Shown in pieces: positions 39,310 to 51,959 of a DNA stretch of 64,000 nucleotides. The position numbers and the translations under genes are program-made. The notes under the pieces were generated by a model. The model was not told the origin of the DNA. It made no database searches and was given only the letters and a program-made list of their open reading frames with translations. The stretch comes from Hormiphora californensis (lineage: Eukaryota; Animalia; Ctenophora), in contig CM035359.1 in NCBI GenBank assembly GCA_020137815.1, positions 6,510,001-6,574,000 of the forward strand, read 5' to 3'. Within the stretch, counting starts at the first letter, position 1. Each line of letters starts with the position of its first letter.

Positions 39310-40599
39310 TTCCCCACTAACTCACCGTTATCAGAGAACTGTGCTAGGAGCAGGCAGTCTACTGCAGTCCCTTTCAAATTAAGGAAAACGAGTTGTCTGT
39401 ATACAAACTGTGTCAGTGCGGGATATAAACTGTTACTATTATTATTATTATTATTTAGGGATTTTTTAGGGTTTTCGGTTAATGCTATCAATTATCTATC
39501 AGATACCGTTTAGTTTACTCAAATTGGCTAATGGCTATATGGTTCCGTTGCTATAGCCATTTTAGGAAGTGTGTGTGTGTGTGTGTGTGTGGCCGTAAAG
39601 CGTTGGCTATCGCCTATCAATACGATCACCGTAAATTATTTCCACTAGAAAGTAGTATATTAAATGCATAAATTACATTAAAAAAAGTCGGTATATGTGC
39701 TCTCTTTTTGGAAGAATGCCCCCTTAAAACCTGTTAGAGGCACCTAGATTCCAATCGCACCCTGTAATAGCTGTGTAAAGGCTTAGGGACCCCTTTTGTA
39801 CAGCAGATTAAAAGTTCCCTAAGTTGCTGCTAAGCTTGCGAACTTGATTACAGTTCTTCCTCTTTCAGTCTTGCCTCACCGCACTAAGAGGAAACAGGGC
39901 AAACCAGGTCACTGATGTTTGATCTCATTTGAACTTCAGTGGTTGTCATGTTGAATACATTTCAATATATATTATAAAGTTTGAATATTTAACTTGCAAA
40001 AACATTAAGGGCCGTCCGCCGTTTCCTGAGTCCTGACAGCTAGGCATGAATCCTGAAGCCTGAAATCCCAGATTTCACAAAACTTTGTGTCGTTTGTAAT
40101 GTAGGTCTAATCATCATAAAGCTAATTCCATAGCACTGATTGTATTAATTATAATATTTTCCAAATCTGATCAGTATATGGCCCGTGATAAAATCAAGAG
40201 GTGGACGGAATTATAAAGAGGACTGATGATGCGGTCATTCCGCTTACCTGATACCCATCCCATTGCAATCACATTGTAAGTATTAATTGATAATACTAGC
40301 CTAGAACTTTTAGTAAGATAATTTATCGTCAAGCAAATACAGTCATAAAATAACTGTTTTAGAAACTAAAATATTGCCAACTAAACAGTATGTACGCTCA
40401 ATGTCATTTACATTTCGAATTATTATCAGGTTACTGGTCTGCCTTCTTATTACCTCTTCCGAATCTAGTAAGTTAATTCAATTTCTTGATGTTATTGATG
40501 GTACAATGCAACAGTAGTTCGAGGCCAATAAGCCAATCGTCATAACTAAAATGAATAGTGAATACGATCAAGATGTCATCTTTCAGGTCCCAGTAAGTT

Positions 40600-43500
40600 C
40601 GCCTTTTCCAAACAACCCACCAAAAACCGTGCCCCGACACGGGAAACCACCGAAAACCCCAAATCTGCGACTGGGGGAAAAACTGGTACCCACACAACCA
40701 AGGTACACCCTTTAAAAGCGGGCTTTAGTTTTTCCCTCCCGGAAGAACAAACCCCAGGGGATCAACCCACGGATAAAAAAAGGGACTCTTAAAAAATATG
40801 GGAGGGTCCCCTATGGGCGTGGTTCGTTTTTTTCCCAAATTTGTAAAGCACGGGCGGGGGGAGGAGTCTATTTTAAAGTGACTTTCCCTACGTTATTTTA
40901 AAATTTTCCCGGGCAACAAGAAAGGGACCCTTTTGGGCTTTAAATTTCCCGAATTGAGGGTTTTTTCTTTGGGGTTTTTTCCCAACCCTATTATTTGCAG
41001 CTAAAAAAGGTTTTAGTGGTTTTTTCCCAAACGACGACACATTTTCACTTAAATCTAAATATTTTTTTAAAAAAACGATGCCTGGGTTTTCACGCTCAAT
41101 TTGAAAACACAGACGGGGGGTTTTGATCCAAAGACCCCCAATCCCAGGGGTTTCTGTTACAGTGAAAGTGGTATAAAGGCGGTGGGGAAAGGGGAAACAA
41201 TAAATTAACATTTTTTTGGATAAAAAAAGGGGGAAAGGGGAAACGCTGGAAACAAATTTGGGTCAAAAAAATTTCAGTTACCCAAAATTTTCCCGGATTT
41301 TGAACATATAGTCTTGTTATATTCAACATAAAAACAGCAGATACTGGAACATATACCTGTAAAGCAGTTAAAAACGCTGATGGCTCCTTTTTATTTTGGA
41401 ACTGTCCCCATCAGTGTGTTGGAAAAATTTTAATTAAAATGCCTGGAAATTTAAAAATCAAAAACTTCATTGGCTGCTGGGTATACTTGTTCAAGCTCAA
41501 ACTCTGGGGGACATAAAGACGAAAAACCCTTTTTTTGGGGGAAAACCTTTCTTTTTACCTGCGGGGGGGTTTTTAAACCAGCGGGCCCCATTTATTTCCC
41601 AAATTTCGATCATTTCAAGTGGCTTTGGGGAAAGGATCAAAACACTACCCCTTTTTTTTTGACGGAGAATCAGTGGGGACCTTTCATTTCAAGTTTATAA
41701 CCTCCAGTTTTGAATAACAAAAGCGAATGTTGGGACATTTTAAAAATATCTAAAAAAGGAGCAGTGCCCCAAAAACCCACAGGTACTTTTAAAGAAAGGG
41801 GGTGCGTTTTTTGGATGGGGGGAAAAGATCAAAAAATTGGGGGTTTTACCCAAAAGGAAACAAAGTTTTTGATTTTTAGCAAAATTTTTTTTTTAAAAAC
41901 TCGTTAAATTTCAGCTGCTATTTTAAAGTTCCCTTCCAACACGTTTTTTAAACCCTTTCCCTTTTCTTATTCTGGGGGGGAAATTGACGGGTTCGAAGCA
42001 GCAGATCTCTTTTAGCCGTACGGGAAGGGGAAATCCGGAGGGACTTTAGAAAAATGGGAATATCCCCCAAAAGGGTGTATAAAATTTTAAAACACTCCAC
42101 CTTATACCGCATCTAATAGTGGTGCTTACCAATGTGCTATTACTAACAATGGGGATAACGTGTTCTTGACACAACATACAACTGAAGTTCTTATTGTTGG
42201 TAGGTAACTTTACTGTCTGCTCGTCATTGTATGGAAAATTATAGGTATCTTCACTCCAATAGCTCAGCTAAAATTTCTCCTTTCCAGAAAGCCCGACAGC
42301 TGCTCTGACTGCTTCTCCTACAACATACCGCACTGGTGATGCTGCCACCCTAACTTGTACCAAAAACGGGTTTCAACCCAATTTCATGGGTCCAAAAAAA
42401 GACGGGGACGGAGATCACTCTTCCCAAACTACTGAAGTCACTCAAGGGTTTTAAAAGGGCCCTATTTATTGGCCATTCTCTTTTTCGGACCCGGGGAAAA
42501 AAACACGTGCAGTGTTTTCAATTGAGGGGTAAAAAACTGAAAAGGGGGACGCAAAAAACCAAAACAAAAACCATTGACTCCCCTTGGAGTTTTTAATTTT
42601 TTGGTGAAAAAAAATTGAGCCAATAAATAGTAAAAAAACACATAAAAATTCCCGAGGTCTTTTAATTGTTTTGGTAACAAATTTTTCAGCCCAAGGGTTT
42701 CTAAAACCAACGCTCATTTAGGGCCTCCTTTTCCCCCTTCCAAAGGGCTCAGAAAACTATAACATGTGGGGTTGGGGGGGCAAACCCTGAACCTTCTCAA
42801 ACTTTTTTTAATCAAAGGGACAAATAGCAGTTTTTAAATTTTTTTCCCGGGGGATGTTCTGGGACTAATACCAAGACTTGCAACCATGTGATTACTACGT
42901 CCATAAAACCATGGGGAAAACTTACAATGTTTGGAAGCAATACTTTTTTGGAGGGTGTAGCAAAACAGACCCAAAAAACTGTTGAAAATCAATGTTGGTC
43001 GTTTTTAAAAAATAAGGTGTTTCTTAAAAAGCCCCCTTTCATTTTACTTTTAAACAAAATCTATTTTTTATTGGTCATTCCCAAACATCTTTTAGTTGGG
43101 GATGAGGAAGTTTCCATGGTGATTAAAAACGGCGCTGACGAGACTCTCACCGGTTCAAAAATTGAAATATCAAAAGGATCAACTTTGAAAATTACTTGCA
43201 TTGTAGAGGGCCAATTCCTTTAAACCGGGACCCAATTTCTCTGAAAAAAAAGGTGGAAACAGCAGGGGCCCGGGAACGACATTTTTCTGATAGGGAATTT
43301 TTCAAAGGCCCTTGGAGGTGTCAATTGGCAATTTGGAATTATGGAATTCGGGTTTTTTGACAAAATTTATTTTACGGGGCCCGTTTCCCTGAAACTCTTT
43401 GAACCATTGGTTTTTTGGGAAATAATAATATTCTGAGTATTTATTTAATAGGGGAAAAAACTTCATTTAGGAATACTAAAACTTTTGTAATTTATTCCCA

Positions 43501-46500
43501 GGTAAATCCCAAATGGAAAGGGACAAAGAACCCCGGTAAAAAACTGCGGGTCCTTCTGTTCTCAAATAGGGGCATAATGTCGGGGGTTAAAATGTCACTT
43601 TGGGTTAGTACAGAGTCCCCAAACCCCCTTGACCCCAAATTTTTTGTTTTTCCCCGCATAGCCAGGGGGAGGTAAGAAAAAAGAAATTTCCCAGTAGAAG
43701 ACCTATTATATTCATCAATTTTCCAAATTTTTTTCCCAAAACGTCATAATGGCAACCGCATTTATTGGATTTTTTAAAACCTCCTTTCCACAGGTGACCG
43801 ACCCTAGGGAAATTAATTTTTTAGAAAAAACCCGGGGAAAGATTTCATTAAAAATTTCCAAAATGAAACAAACTCCTTTTGTACAGAGGACAATGATTAT
43901 CAGCTTACTTGTACCCAAAACCCCATCAAAAAAGTTTTTGGGAAGTCCATTAAAAACCCCCGAATTTTACAATTTGGGAAATGAGTTTTTTTAAAAATAA
44001 AACCCTTTAAAATTTTGGGGTTTCCCGTTAAATTGGGGGCTTGACTTTTTTCTAGGGAAAACGGGCAAAAACAAGATTACACGGTTTTCGGGGAAGAATC
44101 AGAAAAGCCAAATTTTATGGAAAAAAAAGGCACCAAGGGCCCCTCCAAACCCTGGGGAAGTTGAGGTTTCCCAAGGGGGGGTTTTTAAATGTCCCCTGGA
44201 AAAACCCAAAGAGGTAAAAGGGGCTGGTATCATCAAGTCGGCTTGTCGTGATTTAACGTCCTCGTAAAATATTAAAGTTTTAACCTCTTTATGAAAAAAT
44301 GTGAAGAAATCAATAGGCCCAGAATTTTTAACCTTTCATGTTGATGGTGGTGGGTGCCCCCCTATCGTGTTACCCTCGATAGACCCAATTCACAGGAAAA
44401 AATTTTTGGGGGACAAGAAGATGGGTAGGGGGGTTTTTAAAATTAAACCCTTTTCATAAAAAAAGGCCAAATGAACTTCAGGTGGGTTTTAAAAACCCTA
44501 ATGTTCCCCTTGGGAGCTCCCTTAAAATTTAATTTGACTTGTTTGGGAAAAGGTTAAATCGTGTCCCAATGGACTCAAGGGGAAATCCCTTCCCCCTTAA
44601 CAAAGTGGACTATGCAGATAATTTGGGCAGAAAAAACTTAAAAAACTTTGGGCTTTTCCGATAAATTCAGGCTAACCCCCATTTTTCCCCCCCAGGAACT
44701 TCCCCCCGTACAGGGTTTCAACCGGGGCTAGCTGATTGGGGGTCCCCAAAAAAACAGACCCATTTCATTAGAATCAAACCATCACAGAAAATGTTTAAGG
44801 GGACTCCCGACAGCCCCCACCTACTGTAAAAAAGTTGGTGGGAAATGGAAGCAACTTTTGGGGATCTGTTTCCCGGGTTTCAAAGTTTTAGCTGAGGGGG
44901 GGACGAACTCCCCATTACATGGTATTGACCTTTTTTAAAAATGCTCAACTTTTAAAAGTAAAAAAATAAACACGTTTTTGGGAAAACGAAAAAAGTCATT
45001 TTCTTTGTTAACCCCCGGGGGTTGAATTTAAAAAGAACCCCCCCTGGTTATTTACAAAACGGGTGGGGCACAAGCAAACCAAAACCTGGCTGACAAAGTG
45101 ATTGCAAAAAAATTAACCCAAATTTTAAATCTAACATTTCCAAATTACTCTATTGGTTTTTTTTTGAAAAACGGGAAAATTAGGAAATGTGAATCGAAAA
45201 ACAAAGCATTCAATAAAACTGTTGCAATTTTAGTCAACAAAAAAACCGTAGTTGGGTTTTAAGTGGGTGATATTTTGTCAGAAATTTTTTTTATTTTCCC
45301 TTTTCGGATAAGTAGTTGATAGATTGAAAAGTAATTGTAACATCAAAATTAATCGTTTTTTCCCGCTTTTATTTCAAACGTAAAAATTGGGAAAAAACCC
45401 GAAAAAACCAAAAAGTAGATTTTTATGGATCAGTGGCCCTCAAAATTTTTTTTTGAAATGGGGGAAAATTCCCCGAAATCAGTTAAAGTGGCTAACAGCG
45501 CCCGCACAATCCCGGACGGGCTACTAAAAGCGGGATTTTTACGGGTGACAAAGGCTTTAATGTGTGTAACTTTTTTAAATGCCAAAAAGTGGACTCGATG
45601 GCATTTTACCTTTTCAGCCCAAGAATGATTTGGGGGCCAACCAGGGGGGGCTGAAATTAAAAAAAAACGGGTTTTAAGTTTTTCAGGGGGGTGATGGTTT
45701 TGAAAAAGAATTGCAATTTAAACGAAAGGGAAGGGCAATTGTATTTTTAGGTTTTTTCCAATTTCTCATGTGACAAAGTTTTTCTATGTTTTTTTCCTCT
45801 CGCGGCCGCGCTCGCGCCCAAAAAAAACAACATGCAGATACACCCTAAATTTATTTTTTGGCAGCCCCAAAACCACCTTCTTTTTGGTGACCCTGCACAG
45901 TAAAAGACGGGAAAAGACCTCACTATAACATGTAAAGCAGAGGGTGGGGAAGAACCCCATTCCATGAAAATGAATACCCAAGTACTGGGGAGTAATTGTA
46001 TGAAAGTTTAAACTCGGGCCCGCCGCCCTTTGATAAACAATTTAAAAAAATCAACTCCCTCTACGAGTTTTTGAATGGGACGAAATGGGTGGTAAGGATA
46101 TTTTTGGGCCCCGTTTGGGGGCACGGGGAGGAAGGGACACACCTCCTCGCGTCCCCCCGGTTTTCAAACCCCTGATGGTACTTTTCATTTTTAAAGGGGT
46201 ATAAAATTTGGGGATTGATGGGGGTAAATTTAACCACGTGTTCCCCAAATGACAATTGGTAAGTTTATTAAACGAATTAGGATTTCCAAACCTTCTAAAA
46301 AACCTCGAAAATTTTTACCCAAACCCCCCTAAATTTTGTCCAAATCCCCTGGTTTTCCCCTTTCTTCTCCCGAACTCGCATGTGACTTTCTAACCCCAAA
46401 TGTTAAATTTACTGTGGCATCTAAACCGATCATTGGAAAGGGGTAAGGTTGGATTTCCCGAATTCAAAGGGGGTTACAAAAATGTTATAAAAGGGGCCCA

Positions 46501-49500
46501 ACCCCATTTTAAAACGTTTCCCAAAAATAAAATTTTCAAGGTCTTTTTTATTTTCTCTAGAAGGGTTTAATGAAACCCCATTCATTTGAAGCTCGATCGG
46601 GATTTTCCCTACCTAAAATTATTTCCCTTTCCCCGATAAAAATGGAAGTACCCTAATGGCACAGAAGTGGATCACGACAGTATGGTTGTTTACAGAGCTA
46701 TTGATTCTTAACTTTGGAAAAAGCAGGGGAATTAACTTTGGGGCCAGGCCCCCTCTAAAAAACGCCCGAGGGGCTAATTTTAAATGTGTGGCTGACGGGG
46801 TTGAAAAGAGTGTTACAGTCACTAACCCCCAGGTTATTTTTGGGGAAATTTCCAACAAAAAATCTTTTATTCTTATTTTTTTTTATTCCCTAGATCTCGT
46901 TTTCCCGTTTTTCCCCAAAACTTTTTCCAAAACCCCTTTTTTTTTTTTTTTTTTTTAAGGAATGTGTTTTTGGGGGACTCCCCAAACTTTTTTTCCCCTC
47001 CGGAAAAAAAATCGTTGCCAAAAGGTGACCCCAACAAATGTGCCGTGTGAGCGGTTTTCCAGAACCGACAGTAGGGCCCTTTTCCCCTTTAATTTTGGGG
47101 AGAAACAAGGGGGCCTCTTAAAAATTTCTTTTAAAAATTTTTAAAAACCCAAAAATAATAAGGGAAACCAAAGGTTTATTTCTGTTTTGTGGGGAGAACA
47201 CGAAATTTTGAAATCAGGGTTTTTGTTTTAAGTGTAGGGTCAGTTCAAATTTTTTTTTTTAGGTTTCCCCAATAAACATTTGAACCCCCTCTGCAAAAAC
47301 CCGTGACGATACTGAAAACACGGGACTTCGTGGGGGCAGAGGGAAAAATGAAAGTTACGGGAACTAAGACCCGTTCCGAGTCGGGCCCCAATAAAAGAGG
47401 ACTTTACAGGGAGTTTCTTGGGGGGAATCCCCTTAACCCCGGATCGGGGGGAAGGGGTTTAAATTTTGCTGAACACACAGGCTATATAGTGCATCACACT
47501 AGCCAGCGTGGTATTAGAAGAAGAAGAAGTAAATTTTAGGGTTGGGGGTTAAAATGTTTTGTCCCCTTTTTGCTAAAAACAGAATAAAACCAGGGCAAAG
47601 GGGGGGGGGGTTTGGGGGGGGGGGGGGGGGGGGGCTTTTTCCCCAATCTCAAATCTCAGGGCTAACCAACCATTCCCTTCCATATTTTTTCCACCCCCTT
47701 TCCCCCCAACCCCACCTAACCCCACCTCACCCCCACCTAACCCAATCTCAGCACGTGCCAGGATTTTCGGTGGTAGTGTTTGGCGGGTTTTCTTGGTGGC
47801 ACATTTTCATTGTGATTATCCCCTTTTGTGGGGGTCAAGAGGCGGGGGCGCAAAATAACCACCACGCCAGAAAACGGGCTGCTTTCAGGTATGTAGAAAT
47901 GATATATTGAAACTTCGGTTATTTGGTGATTGTCGGCGTAGATTGGACGTTGCTTGGTTTATCTAGGATGGCAAACTCTGCTCAATTCTTGTAATTTTAT
48001 TTCCTTCTTTTTATCTCCTTTCCTCAGCTTCTTGTAGATATTTGCATTCGATGTTTACGGTTTTTTTCACAAATTCTATAATATTAGTTAATACAACATT
48101 TTCTGTATCCTAATAAACTCCCCCCTTTTAGAATTACAAATTATCCCTCCCTTTAAATTTCGGTTTCTTATGACCTTTTTTTTCCCCCCCCCCCCCCCTT
48201 CTCTCTTCTCCCCCCCCCCTTTTTTTTTTCCAAAAAAAAAAAAACTCTCTCTCCTTTCCCCCTCCCCTCTCTCCTCTCTCTCCCCCCTTTCCCCCTTTTC
48301 CCCCCCCATTTTCTAACTAACTTTGACCCCTCTGACCTCCCCAGGAACACGGCCTTCGTGAATTCTCCAACACCAGCCCCCAGGGTTTTGATTATTACAT
48401 GAAGATATGGGAGAGGGGGAGAAAAAGGGGGGGAGAGGGGGAACGAGAGGGGGGGGGGGGGGGGTGGGATTAATTAAAAGGGATAGGGGGAGGACCCCCC
48501 CCCCCCCCGGGGGGGTTTCTCTTCCTCGGGCCCCTCTCTCTCTTCCCCTTTTTTCCCCTCCTCGCCTCTTTAGGTGCTTGTCCCCAAAAGTTGTTCACTT
48601 GTTCAAATTACAACTGACAAAAATCCATCTCTCTTTAACAACACAATTGTCACGTTATGCTAAGGGGAAGGTTTGGGGCACCCCAAAACCTTTAAAAGGG
48701 GAAAAGGTTTAAAGAGTTGGCCCCAAAAAACCCGGATTTTCCACCCCCTGGTAAACCCGGGAAATTACCACTCCCGCACTTGACCAGTCACTTTTGCCCA
48801 TTTTGCCCCCAAACCCCCCCCCCCTCTCCCCGGGGGGGTTATCCCCCTTTTTCCCCCCCAAAAACCCCCCCCCCCCCCCAAAACTCACCCTACAAGAAAA
48901 GTCACCGTTCCCCAAAAGACCGGGGGCCTATTTTGGGGAGGTATGCACCAAAAACCACTATTCAAATCCGATAAAAAGGGGGGGAGTGGGGGACCAGAGG
49001 ATTTGGGGGTTTTTTTCCCAGATCCAACGCGTTGCAACGAGAATCAATTTAGAGGTTCAAACCTACCGGCTACCTGCAATCGAGTGTTTTTCAGCTTTAC
49101 ATGATACTGGATTATTGAAGAATGGTTGCTGTTCTCTGGCTAATTTTGTCTAGCTGATTGATAATAACAATTCCCAAAGTGATTTATAAAAATTTGCCCC
49201 AGTAAATTTCGTGACATTCATTAACCTTGTTTTTTCCTTGGGCGGAAAAACAAGAAAAAAAAGGGGTGCGTTGGGGTTTTGGGAAACCAAAGCTCCGTTT
49301 AAATACAATATGGGTTCGGAAATGTTTTGTGAATATTTTCAACCCAGTTCTCACACACATACATTTTTCAGAAAATATCGGTCCCAAAAAAAATTTTTGA
49401 CCAATGGGAACAGGCCGCTAAAACCAGTGATTGGCGGATTTAAATGGGAAAATCGTGATTTTTACCTCCAGTTTTCTCTGAAATATTTTCTATCCCCCGT

Positions 49501-50480
49501 CCTACCCCAGCATCTTTTGGCCTACACCCTCCGGGGGTTTTTGAGTTCTCCAAAACCATCCCTTTCTCCTACCCAATTCCCCAAAGCTAGAACCAGTTAG
49601 TAACATTCCCTCCCCCCGTTCACATGAAACCCAAAAACACTACTCATGATGACACACCCAAAACAGTCCCAAAAGAGTCCCCCATTGTGGACTTGAGGGC
49701 CACCACCTAATTTTTCGGCACCGCCGTGCCTGGCGGAGAGGTAGGTTTATTTGGGGTGTTGTCAGTTTTGGAACAATATAATTGTTATTTATTTTGAATA
49801 AATGGAATTAGGAAGTTGGTCAAGTAGTTTCTAAACTTGTCTAGCTTCCACAACCCGCTAAATTGTATCGCTCAGTAAAGGGCTAAGTAGACAATTCAAG
49901 CTACACTTCTCTCTCAGGACCCTGTTTATGCTAAGGTAAAAAACCCGGGGGGGCGTCTCTCCTGGGCCCGTCATGTTGAAGGGACAACCCCCCCCCCCCT
50001 TCCCCCCATTTACGGGACCATGCAGGTGCGTGTAGTTGGGGGAGAGAGGGCGGAGAGAGAGAGGGGGAAAAAAAGAAGGGGGGGAGAAGAAAAGGGGGAA
50101 GAGAGAGGGAAAAAGGGTGGCCAGGGGGAGAGTGGGGGGAAAAGGGGGGGTTTGTGGTGTTTGGACAAAGCCTCAAGAACCGTGTTAACTTAGCAGCGAA
50201 AACCAACCCCACAACGGAGTCTATTTAAACTCAAACAGGTTCGGTCCCCGGGGGGCCATTTTTCCCCCCCAAAAAACCCCCGGGAAAGGAAAAAAAAGGG
50301 CCCCCCCCCCCCCCAAAGAGCTCCCTCGCCGCCCCCCCCCCCCTCCCTCTCTCCCCCTTTTTCCCCCCTCTCTCTCCTCTCTCTCCCCCTTCTCTTCTCC
50401 CTTCCCCTTTTCTTTTTCTTCTCCTTCTCTCTCTCTTCTCTTTTCTCCTCTCTCTTTCTCTCTTCTTATCTCCCCAATTT
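40600..50480. other. Low-accuracy assembly segment (homopolymer-inflated consensus)
   Basis: Abrupt excess of A/T/G/C runs, fragmented reading frames, and GA microsatellites collapsed into G/A runs. Confidence 0.85.
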
Positions 50481-51959
50481 TTCTACGGCTCTTCTATCTC
50501 TCTCCACACCAGAATTCCAATAACGTGATATTGAAAGGACATGGCTCCCCCAATTTCACAACTTGACAGTACACGTGCCATCACACTCTGCACGTATTAG
50601 GCAATTGCAGTATTAATATTAGGGCGATGTACACGTGGTTCTAAGCTGGGATTTTTTGAAACTGTCGCACCCCTTTTCACGCGCGGCGTCGTATTTGCGC
50701 CTGACAGCCCCCACTTGCTCTCACTTTTCGGCAAAAAACGCATATCATCGGAAAGAGCATAATTTTGTGAGTCCGTAAAACTTTGGTTTGACGAAATTGG
50801 TCAAGAAACAAAGGCGTGAGAGCGAAAACAAGTTTCCGACGTGCAAATAAAAACTCGCGCACCACCCAGGGGGGCGACAGTTTCAAAAAATCCGACTTTA
50901 AGCTAGGATTTTCATTTTAATATTTCGGGGCGTGGATGGGAAATTCATACAATCTTCAAGGTGAGACTGGGTGCTAAAACTTTTCCGACTTTGGTTCCAT
51001 CTTCTCGTGAGAGGAACTCCTATAAATACCTTTTTCAAGAAATTTCTTGAGTGAAATGAACTGCAATATGATGAATTGCACAGTAGCTACTATTATTGTA
51101 GAAATGTGTTTCCAATGTGCTAATGTATTGTTTATGTTTACAAACATTTACACAAGATAACACATCCTACTCAGTTCACCATCATACATGCTCAAAGTTC
51201 TTTCTTTCCATCTCATTCATCACTCTATCTTTCTATCTTTTCTCTGTAACTCTACCTAAGCGATTTCAGTTACATGCTCAGTATAGTAAACTGTCAGTTG
51301 AGTAAAAAGAGCGCACCGATTTGCTTCCTCGCGTTCAAGACATACTCACTATCATCTTTCTCACGTTTCTCAACTTTCTACGGAAATGAATAATCATAAA
51401 AAGGATTGAAAAAGGGCTGGCTAATAATCAATATTATTAACTTCAAGCATAGAACCCAAACAGTATAGAAATGGGGGGATGGGGGGTGAGGAGATGTGTC
51501 ATCTTACCACACTACCATGACGATATTATCTCAATTGGCTATTTTCCTGATCCCTTTCAGAACCCTGGCGGTGAGGAGGATCCAGTATACAGCACAGTTG
51601 ATCCTCGATTAAAACCCGCGGTAAGTGTCCCCTGAATATTACCAGTGTTTCCCCACCTTTGGCAATTGTCCCTTACCATAAATAAATAATAGGGTAGAGA
51701 CATGATAGGCGGGAGACCCACTGAAGTTGGGCGTGCTCGTTCAAATCTCAACCTCGCGACACACACGAATTTTATCATGAAAACGGATTATGCTTTGCAC
51801 CCAAAAGTCAAAAGCAAGGGGTGATCTAGACCCCTAGCCCAACTTATCTCCCGCCCGTAACTATATAACATTTTCAAACAGAGAACGGTAACACCAGATC
51901 CCGATGACGACATACCTCCAGAGATCCCAATTTATGGGTCCATGGCACAACACATGCAG
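41300..51959 (+). CDS. Immunoglobulin-superfamily / FN3 type-I membrane receptor (approximate extent; sequence corrupted)
   Basis: Surviving motifs: DTGTYTCKAV (~41340), NSGAYQCAITN (~42115), GDAATLTC (~42335), GSTLKITCIVEG (~43177), an FN3-like GG.PITWY (~44895) and a hydrophobic segment (~47761-47830). Clean cytoplasmic exons 51561-51620 (NPGGEEDPVYSTVDPRLKPA) and ~51882-51959 (PDDDIPPEIPIYGS). Confidence 0.6.
50648..50900. mobile_element. MITE family B-related element
   Basis: TIR GGATTTTTTGAAACTGTCGC / GCGACAGTTTCAAAAAATCCGACTTTA. Confidence 0.8.

Larger units (their letters stand above)
38255..39456 (+). mobile_element. Non-autonomous ORF1-only non-LTR retroelement with SL head and (TTA)n tail
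   Basis: SL at the 5' end, a single intronless ORF, ~130 nt 3' UTR and (TAT/TTA)6-7 tail at 39437-39456. It interrupts a MITE. Confidence 0.82.
38155..39762 (-). mobile_element. Diverged MITE family A copy split by the SL-headed retroelement
   Basis: 38215-38250, 39457-39562 and 39680-39762 are reverse-complement matches to successive parts of 26603-26885. Confidence 0.7.

Noticed and set aside
40600-50480. Programmed frameshifting, RNA editing or hypermutation explaining the homopolymer-rich region
   Set aside because: The same distortion affects introns, microsatellites and the LINE at 62.8-64 kb, with abrupt boundaries. Consensus error is far more likely.
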